DNA of 64,000 nt from Tubulanus polymorphus (taxonomy: Eukaryota; Animalia; Nemertea). Made by a program: the position numbers and the translations under genes. The notes under the pieces are model-generated. The model had not been told where the DNA came from, ran no database searches, and was given only the letters and a program-made list of their open reading frames with translations. Where the stretch lies: positions 11,192,451-11,256,450 of the forward strand of contig NC_134035.1 of NCBI RefSeq assembly GCF_964204645.1, given 5' to 3'. Position 1 is the stretch's first letter; each line of letters opens with the position of its first letter. Positions 1 to 15,000 of this stretch are shown here, piece by piece.

Positions 1-3000
1 CGAGCATCAAGTCGATCAACTGAAGTCTGAACACAAGAAAGTCGTCACCGAAGTCAAGGACTCGTATCAAAAAGAAATTCTTCAGCTTAACGTAAGTTCG
101 ATGTTTTAGTAACAATCAACATCAGATTGATGTGAAAATTGTGCTGATGAATTGTGAGAAAATGTGAATGATTTGAAAAATAATGAAAATGTATGAATAT
201 TTCAATTAATATATTCATCAAAATATCTTGATTCCTTTTGGTACATTGTAGAGGTCAGAATTTATGCATAAATTGATAAGTTGAATAAGTTAATTTTATC
301 TAAACACAGTTTGATGAGGAATTACTTTCATTATTGTATCTTGACGTAAAGAAAAGTCAGGAAAAATTTGAAAAATCCTGGTATATAGCCGGAAGTTATG
401 AAAAAAATGTGAAAAAGCCAATTTTATCAGCTGATATTAATAAATGCAAAAATTCCTATCGGACACATGTAAGACATTTCCATCTCTGACCCTACTAAGC
501 ACCACTTAGGGCAATATAACCAGCTTTCGAGGTTTCATTTTCCCGTTAAAGGGGTAAAGGCCAGGAAAGTGCCATCTACCAAGACTTATCAGACGATCAG
601 ACATCTGCAACAGTTACCACCAGATCATGCCATCGGCGCGTTCATAATAGATCATGTTCTATGAAATAGGGTTAAGAAAGAGAGAAAAAAATCTTCCATA
701 ACTTCGATAGCTGCGATCTTAGAAATCTAACCGAAACCAATCAATGGAGACGTAGTTTCCTGTTTGCGTAATACGAGTGGATTGCAGATTTCTCTATAAC
801 TCATAACTGCAGTTGAAGGCTTTATAAATACGTTTCCCCGTCGCGGCAAAACTCTCCGTAATAATTTACCTGGTTGTTAAAGTTTATTATCAAACGGGGC
901 CATTACGAGACGCGTTAATCCCGCCTGTTTCTGTGGTAACGTGAACGAAGTCGATGGTACGTTCATTGTTGCAGTGAGTGTGTTACCGTGTAATCGATTG
1001 TTAACGCTGACAAGTCCGCGATAATTCACGACCGACGACAAAGTCCGCGGTAATTCACCGGCGATGACAAACACATCGAGGAAATATTTTTATTATTTTC
1101 GCTTAATTGGATTTTTAGTGTTCGTTAACCACCATCGAAGGTAGATATCGATTATATGAGCTGCGTTCACATTATCACTGGTTACTGGGTAGTCCGTTTT
1201 TATTTGGCCTGTACCTGGAACCGAACAGACCAAATCAGTGCTGTGCATTCACGCATTTTTTAAAATCAGTTGTTATCACTGGCCCAGACCGAGTCTCTTG
1301 GTTTAGTCAAAGGTTCTTCTTTGGCCTCCCACCTGGATTAGGAGAAAGAAACCTCGATCCTAGTCGGCGCTCTGCGTGGTGGTGGATAAATGAAAGTATG
1401 ATCTATATTTGGAAAATGAGCTAAATAGGTTCAGCCATTGGATGGCATTGAGTACCGCCATTAGTGCGCGGATCTTATTTATACATGTATTTGATTAGGT
1501 AGTTTGCATTATCAGGACAAATCTAAATAGTTTTGTTTATGAGTTGAATCGAGTATTATAGTTGTCTAAGTAAGGTTGTGTCCACACAATCGAGCCCTGA
1601 ACATATGATATCTATATCTACTAATCATCTCGCCACATGAAATATATCTAAGTCAACCGGCCATTTCATTTCTGGTCCGTCCGATTCGTCATTCCATTAA
1701 TAGCCCTCGTTCTCTAATGACCCACACCCCACAACGGTGCCGTCGAAGTACTGGTATATAGGCCTATTTATGCTCTATGATCAGTCACAATGCAATGCGT
1801 GGAACTAATTTCGAGAAATACGCTATTTCAATAAGCGCTGTGTATAAGGCAATCGCATTTAACGACAGGCCGTTAACAGTTACGCGTTGAACAATTGTAT
1901 AAACTCGGATATCAATTATGGGAATTTAGAAATTGATTCGTTTTTATGATTCAGTTATCGGAGTTCTGAGTTCTACCAAGTTTTAGTTCGGTTCCAGTTA
2001 GTGATGTTGCGTTCTTGGATCTTATCTAATTTTCTAAGGAATATCAAGTATAATCTGAATAGCAGATGATCTTACTGGTTACCAACCATTGAACCCATAG
2101 TTGTTTTGGAAATAACGGCTAGATACTATTGGGCGAATTTTACGCGGTTTTTATTTTGTCAAAATTTGTTGCTATAAATGGTTTTCCTCTGATAAGGAAC
2201 TAACTAATGTTACGACTATGATGTGGTAAGATGTTATGAGTATCGAGAATCCAATCAGGGTGGCCACTAACCTGGAAATCAGGGAAAAGTCAGGGTATTT
2301 TCTTTTCTTTAGAAAAAGTCAGGCAATAGTCAGGGAATTTTGTAAAAAAAAAGCTATAAGTCAGGGAAAGTCAAGGAAATTTGTTGAGATCGCTAGATCG
2401 CATGTAAAATCAAACAGTTTCTGTCTATGTCTTACATATTATATTTGACTGTGAAAATTGATTGGATTCTTAGCAGATCAAATCAGGGAAAACAACTTAC
2501 ACGTCTGGGAATAGTCGGCAAAAAAGCAAGTCTTTGAACAAAAGTGGCCATTCTGTCTAAGGTATCGGTTAGATTTAGTGTCTTGTCCGCGTTCTTTATT
2601 TAGTAGTTTTGTAATCGTGCGAAATGGATTTCGATGTGAGTGAAATCAGTGTGAATAACGCCGTACTTGTCTTTCGACAAAATAGGAATCGAAGATCGAA
2701 ATTAAACAACTAGGAATTGGAAAAACGGGAATGCGGATAAGCATGGACAAATTTATGAATTGGAAAACTAGATAAGTAGCAATATGGCATAAGCTGATAG
2801 GCACGAAAGGATTACTATATGATTTATAATCATTTACATTATGAGTCCCAGTTTTCACTAAGTTTTAACTTTTTTGGACTGATTTAGAATGAATGAAACA
2901 ATGAAAACTATCAGCTTTCAGTTTATTAGTTGTGGTAACTTATTACAGTCGGTCCTTAGACATATTTAGTAATTTTTTCATACACACTTATTATATTTAT

Positions 3001-6000
3001 AAGTATTTGAACACGCTTTGAATTCTTTCCAGCGCGATTTTCCTTTCAATCACAGAACCTTCGAAACGTACGGTATATGTTTGTAAGACTGTGAAGTATT
3101 TAATATTCAATGCTTATATAGCTTGTGAATATGTCAGTCTTGTGACATTTCCCAAACTCGAATTCTTAAGAAACGGTCGTCTTTAGACAAAGTATATTCA
3201 ACGACGGCAAAATCGCATTACTATAAATGACAAACCGGCTTCCCAAAGACAACTCCAGTACTTTATTTGGTTTGTGTAGATTTTTCTTGTTATTACTTTT
3301 TTTGTGTAACAGTGGAACATCGTTTATATAAACCTCATGTCAGGCTAGCCACTGACCTGGAAAACATGGATAACTCAGGGAATAAAGAATCAAGAAAAAA
3401 TCGGGGAATTTGACCAATTTTGCCAAAAACCTGGAAAACTCGGAATTTGGATAATGCTTTATTGACCACATGTTTCTTTATCAGTATTTGATTCAATGAA
3501 AAATTAATTAATTGTAACATTTAAAATACAACGTATCCAAAATGCAATGGAAACTAACGCATGGGAACTTCAGCGCTCCACAGTCGAACCTGAGCCTAAG
3601 AACCGTTGTCACCCGTAGCACGTTCTATTAACCATCAATTATCGATACGTTCGTGTTTTGTGGTGACTTTCATCCATAATATAAACAAACGTATCCGAAT
3701 ATTACGTGCTATGCTATGAAATGAAACGATGAATTATTCAAACTGACTTGTGGATTCGTTTTTGTTATTGGAATTGATAGACACGAAATAGTTTCATTAT
3801 ATTGGTGTTCATAGTTTTCAGTCTTGATGAGATCATTGAAAGAAACCCGCAATATCAATTTAAACAATTGTAATTGTTTTTTTCTTACGTTTCAGGCGGA
3901 ATCCTTCCAACAATCTTCAGAGTTTATATGAAAATGCGGATAGAAAATTTCAAATAAACTGAAGATGGGTCGGAGGATTCCACTTGAAACGTAAGAAAAA
4001 AACAGTAACAGTTGTTTAAATTGATGTTTTGTGTTTTTCTTAATGATAGTTTTGTTATATCTTCAGATCATACCGGTACATGTATAGCTTTAGTGTTCGG
4101 TGTTTATGTTCGCTTATGACTTTCAATAACTACACTAGCATGATAGGGAGCATGTTATCATATGAGCTAAGGTTAATTTATGGTTAGAATAAAATATCAA
4201 TCTATTAAGCATAATCAGGCAGTAGACTTCTTTTTCTTCTGGAGATGATTTTGGAAAATGATTAAATTAGAATCTTGAATTAAGGTAGCTGCTAATATTT
4301 TGATTAAGCGGGTTTTTGACAATTACACTTTATTCAATAGGATCAAGGCTAGGAAAGAAAAATGATTCTAAACTTGTTAAATTGGTGTAATAACGGAGTT
4401 TGACTGTATACATGTACTACTGAGCCTATACCCCGGTATACAGTAAACCTTGCCTCACTGTGTCTAAGTTAGACAAGGTTTACTGTAGTTGTGATAAATT
4501 AGGGATATGTAGAATGTACATATGAAACAGAACGCAATATTTGTGCGAAATAACTTTGAAACAGTTGGATGATAAGATTCAGCCGTATTTTGTATATCGA
4601 TTGAACGCTATGAATGATTGAATATGGCAACATCGCAGGTCGTTCTACAATATCAGGATTTACGTCAGTTCGTCGATGTGAATCCTCCGACCTTTAATCA
4701 TCAGGTTCGTTTTAAACCGGTAACTTGAAACTCGAAAATGATTTGGAAGTTTTCTCAGATGAAACTTCGATTATTCACTAATTGGAAAGTAGAATCGGAG
4801 TGCAAAGTCTGGTTTCATCTGAATAAGCTTTTCAAGCCAGGATCCAGTTTCATGAAGTTTCACTTTATGTTTTGTTGCAGTTTATTCCATTTGTGATACT
4901 GGATCCTTGATTCGCACGATAGAATTGTATTCTATTTTTTGCTTGAGTTGCTTGAGAACGAATGTTGAATAGCTCATTTTGATATTGATTAACGAGCTAC
5001 TTGTGACATTCATTACATAAATGTTCGAAAATCCAACTTACCTGCATCACACCCTATTTATTATCTCTCACTGAATTTGGTACTTGTACAGAATTTTTAT
5101 GAGGAAAATCAATGTCTTCTTCATGTATGTAATAAGGTTTTATATCGTATTTTACAGGATGAAATTGATGATCTGAGGCAAGAACTGGAAACTGTGAAAG
5201 GAGTTGCACCAGTAGGTATTTCTAACCACAGAACCCCATTATTCAAATTCAATTCAATTACGATACAACTGTTTTTGAATTGATTGAAGATATGGTTATT
5301 GTATGTAAATAGTTTTATCTCGATACACATGTCTATCATATCTCTTTAATTTCTTTTAAATGCATATACAGTAAACCATGCGTAAGTTGCATGTATCGGG
5401 ATGGGAAGATTTCACCTAACTTAGAAAAAATCCGACTTTTCATGCTTTAAAATATAAACTATTGTTCGAGACACAAATCTTGATTTTATTTAAGGACTGC
5501 TGAAGGGTGGCACACACATATCTCAAACAATAGTCACAGGGATCTATTTGAGTGCGTTTGGGATGGATATTTAACAGAAGAATCAGAGCTGCCAACTGTT
5601 CCTGATTTACAGGATTTTGTTACAATTTTTGTCCCGAGAAATACTTAATTTGATTTGTTCGACACGGACAGGAATATGAACGATGTTACCGAGGGTCTTA
5701 TCATTGATTACTGATTAATTTGAAAATTTTCTGTCAAATTTTCTCATAAGCATTTCATCGAGATAAACTACTGAGAAAATTAGACTTGTTACTTTTGGTT
5801 ACTTTGAGGTTGGCAGCCCTAAAGAATAAAAGGAGACCCAACATTTGACTTTTATACGCATGGTTTACTGTATAATTCAGTATAGTCTGTATTTTCATTT
5901 CTGAATTGTGGTAAAACTGTTCAACATTCTTCTTCTAGTGATATCTTTAGCTGTAAGAATCTATGCTTGAATCTGTATAATTCTAATCATGTAGCTAAAG

Positions 6001-9000
6001 ATTCAGCGAAATAATTTCTTCCCAAACAGGAATCAAATGAAGCGACCTCTAGCGATCAGGTACAATAGTAGGGCTTGTAGATAGATATGAATGTACATGT
6101 TTCATAGGCCGGGGAAGATTTCGAGTCCCTGATTATTAGGTTCTTAAGGTCGGCTTCGTCACCTTGCGTATAGAAAACTAACTCAATGTACATCATTCCA
6201 TGCCAGAGCAAAAAGAAACCTCAAACTTACTAATAATGCCCTGTGTGGCCCTCAGTGGGTTCTTTTAAGCTACTGACCCAGCACAGCACCCCAGTTACTT
6301 AGTTTTTAGATAGTCAGCTGAATTAGTCTCAATTAGTTCATCTATGAATATTTTCACTGCTCTTAGATTATTTCCACTGGCACCAGATTCAACTAAAACC
6401 CTTTGGTTCAACCAATAATATATTGAGTTATCACTGGCTTTCAAGTTAAAACCGATCTTGAGGACTAGCTTAGCCCTAACCTTTTCATTAAATGAGAGAT
6501 TTTGTTTCAGATTTGAACCTAACGTTTTGTGTAATTAACATTCAGAGTAAACATGAGAATTTGTTTGAGTATTTGAATTCACTCCTGTAGGAAAATTGGA
6601 TCCATTCAAATTTTTCTATTTGTTTCTGAGAATTAATATTTGTTCTTTACAGACGGACAATACCGACCAGATCAAAAAGAGAGCAGCTCGGCAGGTAAGT
6701 GAAGTCTTTCCGATATAATATGCATTTGAAAAAAAGTTATGAAAAGTTACGAATTAATTGAGAGAGGTTTCATTCTGTGCGCATGCGTTTCTAGAAAGGA
6801 AAGGGCAAACTTCGAGTTAAACTAGCCCCTAATAGTCGAATGAAAAGTCGGGTGAGTTTTGTTGTCTGTTGTTACGTGTATCAGTCCTTTCCCAACTCTT
6901 GATTATCTTTTCCAACATTTCTTATTGAAGATTTATTTCAAACCCTCTTTATTTGATGAGAATTCAGCCGTGTCAATCATCCCTAATTGTTTCATTCATC
7001 GCATTTATTGAAAATGTGAAATAGCCACTAATTTTTTCTCAACCCTGAAATTGAATCAAATTCTCTGAAGAATCCCTGATGATGATATACCTAATTAATT
7101 CTGATTCCCATATCATATCATTGGATTGTTTTTCTGTGTAGGTGGTACTTTGATTTGACTTCCCTGGAATTACATGGTGGTTGATTTTATGTCATTTTTA
7201 CCATTCTTCTATCCTAGCTTCAGAAATCAACATCAGTAAAATGCAAAAGCTAAAGAAAAAAAAATCAACTGTGATTGAAAAGATGCAGAATAATTCTAAA
7301 ACAGTTGTTGTAATGTGTATTTATTAGATGTATTTAGTTTCTGATATGTTAAACAGCAGGAATCAATGTAGATCACATCGAGCTGCAGTGCTCCTTTTTC
7401 TTCACAATTTAACACTTTATCATCATTCTTCCAATTTTCACCATCCAGAATTTGTTCAGGACTTCACCTGAAATATTTATACCCTGCTGAAAATCAATTA
7501 CCAACATCAGACATTTCATCCGTACACAATTACAAAGTGACCATCCAGACTTCATTGTCTGGGCTGGTTCTAGGCAGCAGGTTGATACCTCAATTAAATA
7601 GATTATTCCTTAATCATTGTCAATCAGAAAATGTTGTTTCCTCATTTTAGGAGTTACTGAAAGATGTTGGGAAACCAGCCACGAAGCAGGTCTCAAAACG
7701 ACGAGCTCCACTTACAACAAGCAGACAGAATACTCAGACATCCATTGTAAGCATATGATACACCCTGTGAGACTTGCATCTCCCTGGGATATCAATAAAC
7801 ATTAGTAATGAATTAAAATTCTTGCTGTGAAAAATTTTCCACATGATATCAATGGTTGATCCTGAGACTTCAAAGATTTTAAATATATATGTTGTCACAA
7901 ATGACTGCATATCAGTCAGCCTTTCTGTTCGCATGTGAAACAGCCAAACATGTTTCAACTGAATGAACACTGTTTGGTTTGTGAAACATGTTTCGTTATT
8001 TTGCAGGAAAAATGTCTTCTTTTTATGGTATTCATTTGACGAATTTTTCAGAAATCATCTAAAACGGATGTGAATTACGATTTATCGCGTGATGTTACTG
8101 GAATGTCACTGGATACTGTTCGGGAATCGAACAAAATTGTCGTTGAATTAGACAACTTTTTTGATCTCGACGCTGAAGAATCTTGGGTAAGTTGGCACAA
8201 GATGAATCCAGCTGATCCTGATCAACTTCACTCTGATATGAAAGTGTTGAAAGTTTAATCGAACTCGTAAAAAATAACGCTTGAGCAAGATTCCGCACAA
8301 AGATATGTGGATATTTGCGTTGAAACTGCATAATCATATTAAACTCAAACTAAATTCTTATTCTTTCAGGCTTCGGTGCCCGCAGATCAGATAGAAGCTA
8401 GATTCAAACAATACAGAGAACTAGTAAGTATGAAAAATGATTAACACTTACGACTGACCTATGTAGATAACTCTAGAATACTTATTTCCATGTTTTTAAA
8501 GAATTTTTTGTATAGTGCAAAGCCGAGAGAAATCCCACAATAACGAAGCCAAGATTGAAAAAATTCTATATCAGAATGATTATATTTGAGGAGCGACGTT
8601 TCGGCTAACGGATATTGTCGTCGGATATCTTCTCGTCTAATAGTGCAAAGATTTTGTCGTGTGTATTTCTATGCTTCATATTGATTACATTAAATTTTAG
8701 AGTCAAGAAAAGATTTCTGAATTAGAAATGAAACTGGACGACGTGCTGATCAAGACTCAAAAGAAAGTCAACACTCTAAAAGCACAATTCCAAGAGCACA
8801 AATCCAGATGGGAAGCGGTTAGTTTGCAATATCATAAATTTACTGAATCATTGAAATTATGGGTATTGTCATTAGCCACGTTCAAGCTATCGCTGTTTAG
8901 TCCACTCTAATTTGGTGCATGGACTGATTCAAAATGGAGCAAACCAGAACTGCATTCATACATCTTTTTAAGAAATCGGTCATATCACTGATCCCACTAG

Positions 9001-12000
9001 ATGCTACATTGCAACTTTCATAACTATGGTCAAAATTATTTGCGTGACAAGAAAGTTGCAGCATGCTTCAGTTCAATTGTCTTCGATCGAAATTAAACTC
9101 GATTTACTTTCTGTTTTCGTAATAACAGGAGAGGAAAGCGTTAATCAAACAAATCGATCAAGCGTCAAATCTACAGAATCAAGCCGAACAAGAAGCAGAT
9201 GCTTGTATGGCACAATTGGAAGAGTTTATTCGAGAACAAGAACAATTGGTACGAAACCACAACGGAAGAATACTTGAAAGAAACAACTCTGGGGACCCAG
9301 TTCCACAGTTCTGAGTTGATTCATAAGTTTGACCCTCGGGTTGAAACATCAGAAATGAAAAAAATTTGAAATGTAACTCAAAACTATGGAATCGGGCCCA
9401 GGGCATGATTATTTTTCTATCTTAAGGGTTAAGAGAGGCCAGAGATGAACCGTGAATCCCTGATTGACGAGTTTAATAATCCCTAGCAGCTTACATTGAA
9501 GAACATCTCTTTCTTATTCTTCTCTTTTTTCATTCTCAGGAAGGCCTATTATCTAGCGAATTATCTCAATCGCCAGAACAACTGGATCAGCAACAGCAAC
9601 AACTATCCGTCGAAGAGGCATCGGGAAACAATTTACAGGTCAGTGCTTGCTGCAAACTCTAACAAGAAACGGTAAATATCAGTCTCATAATGTTCCTTAA
9701 ACTCTCAATGGTTTTTTCTCTTCAGCGGAAAGCAGTAGAGGTTTGTAGAATTTTTTTTATAATGTTTATTCTATTTTCTATTAGATTTTCGCTAATTTGT
9801 AAATCCTTTATGTACTGCTGCCAATTCTCTGCCAGCCTAGTTTATCATCGATATCCGGAAAGCCTGAACTTGAAATTTCGTATGCACTAAACGATCAAGA
9901 TATATAGAAAAAGCAAATATTTGGCTGGTCTATATGATGGTTAATATTAGTATTATTAGGATAAGTATAATTGAAATTAGATAATAAGGTAGTATTGGGA
10001 CATGTTGCTCAAAAGCTGGCTCAGGTTAATCTGTTGGTTGATAACTGATGTAGCGACAATTAAAACTGCATTGTAGAGACGAATAGTACAGATGAGTGAT
10101 TACATAACAACTGTTCCCTTATAAAAAATAAATAAGTTTGTTCGATACCATATGAGTTGAGCAACTTTTGGGCAACCAGTACCTGGTATATATTCATGTA
10201 AATTAACATATGTATTCGTTAATTTGTTACTAATCTGCATTTATTTTAGATTCATTATTTATTGTAGCAGTTGCTTAATGCGAGAATACATAGAAAATAT
10301 AGTATCTAATTCCTTCATGTGTAACTTCGTATGTAGCTGTAGTAGCGCTATATGTTATGTATTGCAGCAAGGCGTACAGGCAACAACGCCTCCTGTTCTC
10401 TTGACTAAACGTACCCCAACCCCCGCAATATCGCAGCAACAGCATATCGCTAGCCATACTAACAATTCTTCACGCAATGCGTCACCCGATGCTGCACCTG
10501 AGGATGGTGATGATGATGAGGATGATGATGATGAGGTGAATCGAAATGTTGAAGCTACGAATCGAATAAACGATGCCTCTTCGTCGAGGCTGGATTCAGT
10601 TTCTGCCAGCGCTGATGAGGCATTGACTGATGATTTGAATAATTCAGCGCAGGTATGTCGTAAGTTCATTCCCCATGAATAACACGGTCATTAGACCGTT
10701 TGAAATTTTTAAACTATTTAAAAAGGGACCGTTCATTTAGTATGTACAAATAATAGAGCTAATTTAGACCTTGGGGTGCATACACAATTCATTCATTGGT
10801 AAAAGATTCCCTTCTATTATTATGAGTAAATACTTAAACTAGCACTATTAGTATTCCTTACTGCCCATCTTACCTCTACACATTACCAGTATCAGATATC
10901 ACCTCCAAATGTCATAGAATAAATGGCAAACCACTGTACAGTCGAACTCAGGTTAAGTCATATCTGATAAATCGTCACTATTGAAATCGTCTCTCCTTTT
11001 CAGTCCAAATTTGTGATAATTAAATTTATTAAATAAAATTCATCATACGGATTGGTGGTCAACAAAATAATCTTCCCAACTACGATGACTTTTGCAAGTT
11101 CACTGTACATGACATTTTTGTTCATTTTCATTCATCAAAAGATATGCAGCATGAAGTGTTTCGAACTGGTACATTTCGAAACTACCGTTCGCATATCTCT
11201 TGATTTGGTCCACGCCGAAACTTATGTCCATACTTAAAATGAATGGGTCCTAAATGTTTAACTGATTCGATTGTCGTCTGCTTATTTGTTATTCGATTGA
11301 AATTAAGCATAATCTATCAAAATAAAATATAATCATTAACAAAATTTTATACTTTATATAACTGCTTGCTTGGCTAATAATCATAATCTTCTAACTGCTA
11401 TATTTGTCTGTGTGCAATTTGTCCGTATCGTCATTTGCCAGAGACATCGACTCAGGCACGTGAGGATACTGTGTACTTTTGACTCTTTTTTTCTAATCGT
11501 AATACAATGTTTGTCGAATGTCTTCTTCCAGCCTTACGTGGATGCTTTTAAGTCTAATTCGGTATCGAACTCGCGCGACGATCAGGGGGCGAGCGATGGG
11601 TCAACGGATAACTCATCGCAATCTGAAAGGGAACGAAAAGATCGCGTTTCGGCTAAAGATGATAAAACTGTAAACGATTTAGATAAAAAGAAACATTTGA
11701 CGGTATATAGATCAGTGAGTTCGAATTCGGTCAAAACCGCTGTTAAATCGCCAGTGAAAAGGAGCAAAACCCAAATGGGTTTCGTGAATAGAAATATGAA
11801 ATCGACGGCAAATATTTCGAAGACTCCGCTTAAAAAAACGATTATCAGCAGAAAATCTGCTCCGAATAAGACTCAACCGGACAAAAAACTGAATGTTAGC
11901 ATCGGGCATCGTAGTCAATCAGAGGGTGCAAAGTTGAAACACCATCAAAATGTTGTTATTAAAACAAAAGAATCAGAATCCAGCGAATCGGCGAGTAGTT

Positions 12001-15000
12001 CTGATAGTGAATCAGAGTCTGATAGCAGTACTACCGATAGTAGTAGTAGTGATAGTAGTAGTAGTAGCGATGATATTTCAAGCATCGAATCAGTATCAAA
12101 TAATCGTGACGATGATAAGACTTCGAACGGACTCCGTCTGCCTGGTGTAGAACATGAACCGAGTCCGTCGATAGTCTCGTTAGCCTCTTCGAACAGTTCG
12201 ATCAAATCGGCCGATTCGAACCGAACGGTCGAAGAAAGTAGCGCGTCGTCCGGACTACGTTTGAAATTTAAATCTAAGTTCGATAATTCGGCGGGGTCGA
12301 CTCGTTCGAGTTCGGCGGCGTCGACGATTAAACCGTCCGTTCCCGAAATCAACGTCACGTACGTCGACCACTCGACTCAAACCGATCACACGGCGACCGA
12401 GATATTACCGGTCAGTCCGCGGTTCGATAAATTACGAAATCTTCGCCGTCGTTTCAGCAATATCGTCGTCGTCAGATCTCCCGATGATAGCGGCAGCAGC
12501 GCGTGTCGCCGACGAGAAAGCAGTCAGTCACTACCGACCGATTTCAGTCCCAATTCCGATTGCGATTCTCTGTTGACCGCGCCTCAGTCTCCGAGTCGCG
12601 CGAGTAAATTATCTAACGTTAATTTGGATATTCTTCATGAGGTAATTTCGTAGTTCGTCGACGGTTCTTTTATTTAGAAGAACCAATGAAATGGAACCAA
12701 TGCATGAGTGTATAATATGTATCAATGTTAGCTGATTTTGTGTTCGTGTGTGCTCATCTTGTGTGTGTTGCTTTTAGTTTTTTTTTTTTGGAAAATGGTA
12801 ACAAGAGTAGTCTGGTTTTCACAGACAAGTCACTCACTGCCTATCTTTGAATAAAGGAAACCCCTTAATTAAACGAGAAAAAAGTTACTCGACGTTTCGA
12901 TTGAAATACTATCAGCTATTTGAAACTTTAAGATGATTCATAATTTTTACTTTCTTTTAATCGTGGATTTTCCATCATACCCGTGTAGGCACTGCTTGGA
13001 AAGCTCATAAAAAAACAGTATCAGTTTGATATTATAATTTACCCATGAAATTTCTGCACTTCTTAGATCTGTGCATGCATCGCTAGGGTTTTAGCTGTCC
13101 TTAGAAATCGCTCGAGGGGTTACATTTGAAAACACAACCATTTTTTCGATCTGTTCAACCATGAAACCGTTTTCAATCAGCTATACAGTAGTCACAAGTA
13201 AAACCGTAACCATAAGAATGCTAGGATACATGCACTGGGATACATGCACTGGATGTTTGTGTAAGGCTCTTGACCCTCCCCTGATAATGCCTTTGTTTTT
13301 GTTTGAAAGGGCCTACAACAATTAAAAGCCCTCCACACTTAATTTTCTCTAGCAAAATAAATACTTCAACCTGTATATTATGTTTTTGCATGAATATCCA
13401 TGGTTCAGTACTGTTGACGTATCTTCATACCCTACCATTCCAATCGAAACCTGAAAAAGATTGTGATACCATATTTCCTAACACCAGCATGATCTCTTAT
13501 TGTTTTCATTTCTGATTTTTAAGTCAGTACCCGGTACTCGCAGGAAGGACCACTAGGAGGCTATCGTCATTCCATTCCAGTTATATGTTTAATTCTATGA
13601 ATTTAATGATTAAGTTGAAATCAGAATTGAAAGGGATTGAATGCGTGTACAAAATCAACTGCCATCAACTTTGAAAACAGTTGAATAGTGAAGATATTTC
13701 AATCAATGAATAATCATTACAGTAATGTATTCTCTTTGGACTCAAATTGAAATTATAAATAATTGTATTTCCGAACAGGAAGAAGGTACGGTGGCGCCAC
13801 AGGTGGTGTCGTCTGCTCGAAGTCGTGCGTCCGTGCGCGGTAAATACAAAGAGAAATTAGAAGAAACGCGATCGGCGATTGAAGAGCGTCGATCGAAATC
13901 TCCGGCTGTATCGCTGAAATCTTTAAAATCAACGATCATCGACGCAGAAGTGAATGAAAATGGCGACGTACCGTTTCCAATCGATAAACGAGGTATAAAC
14001 AGTATTTTCTACCTGGGGCCAGTTGCTCAAAAGTTGGTTAGAGTTAACCAGTAGATAGTTGAAATAGTGACAATGAAAACTTCATTGTTAGTATGGCATT
14101 TATCCACCGGTTATCTTTAACCAACTTTTGAGCAACTGGCCCCAGACTTATGATTCATACAAAGCTCAGTTGTGCAGTCCTGGACCCAAATCCACAGTTA
14201 TGAGTTAACGTTAGTTAAATATCAATTCGGGTTTTAACTCAAGAGTTAGATATTAACTCGGAACTGTAGAACTGGACCGGGCACAGTTTCTAGTTAAGAT
14301 TTGACTCTGAGTTAAGTCTAACTCATAACCGTGATATAAATCATAGTACATGTACCAGTATACACAAAAAGGTCACGGAATATTGAACTGGTCTTTGGAT
14401 GTCAGAATGGCTTAAGAATCAAGGAGTGCTAAGACTCTCTAAATTCATTTGATGTTTTTTAGTTTCCGAATTACGCGTCGAGGCAATGATGCAAGATGCT
14501 TCGACTTCTCCGCTGAAATTTGAATCGAGCGTCACAAATCTCAGCAGGTAAAGTTCATTAAACGTTTCTATACATTGTGTTTATACCCTTCAATGTAGCA
14601 TTACGTACTTCCCATAAGGACATGAGAGATACATCTTCGCCGCGGTCACAGGTGAGGTATATGTTTAACACTAATATTGAGCATGTACATGTATTTATCA
14701 AGTTCCATTAGAAATATCGATGTTGCAATGAATTCACAGAGCTGTAAGCTAATTTTGGGAAACTGATTTGTTCGATACATGTTAAATGACAAGATAGTAA
14801 CCGAGTCTCTCATTCCTGACAGATTTGAACTATGTTTCATTAAATTTCACTGTCCGTCAGTTGAAGTTGAAGCGAAACATTTAGTCTTTGATAACTCATA
14901 GCCGAGGTTGGTGGCATCGGTGAGATGTGTATAGGACATGTTACTGGGATCTTAAGTGCCCTTGATTACTGATTAATTTGAGTTTTAAATTTGAATGCTT

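Noticed and set aside
7074-7104. C/D box snoRNA (TGATGA...CTGA)
   Set aside because: Boxes are only about 20 nt apart, too short.
11945-12358. 137-aa antisense ORF
   Set aside because: Mirror of the Ser-rich low-complexity exon.
14619-14651. Extra 33-nt exon of gene 1
   Set aside because: Weak AAG acceptor, and in the required phase it gives an immediate TGA.
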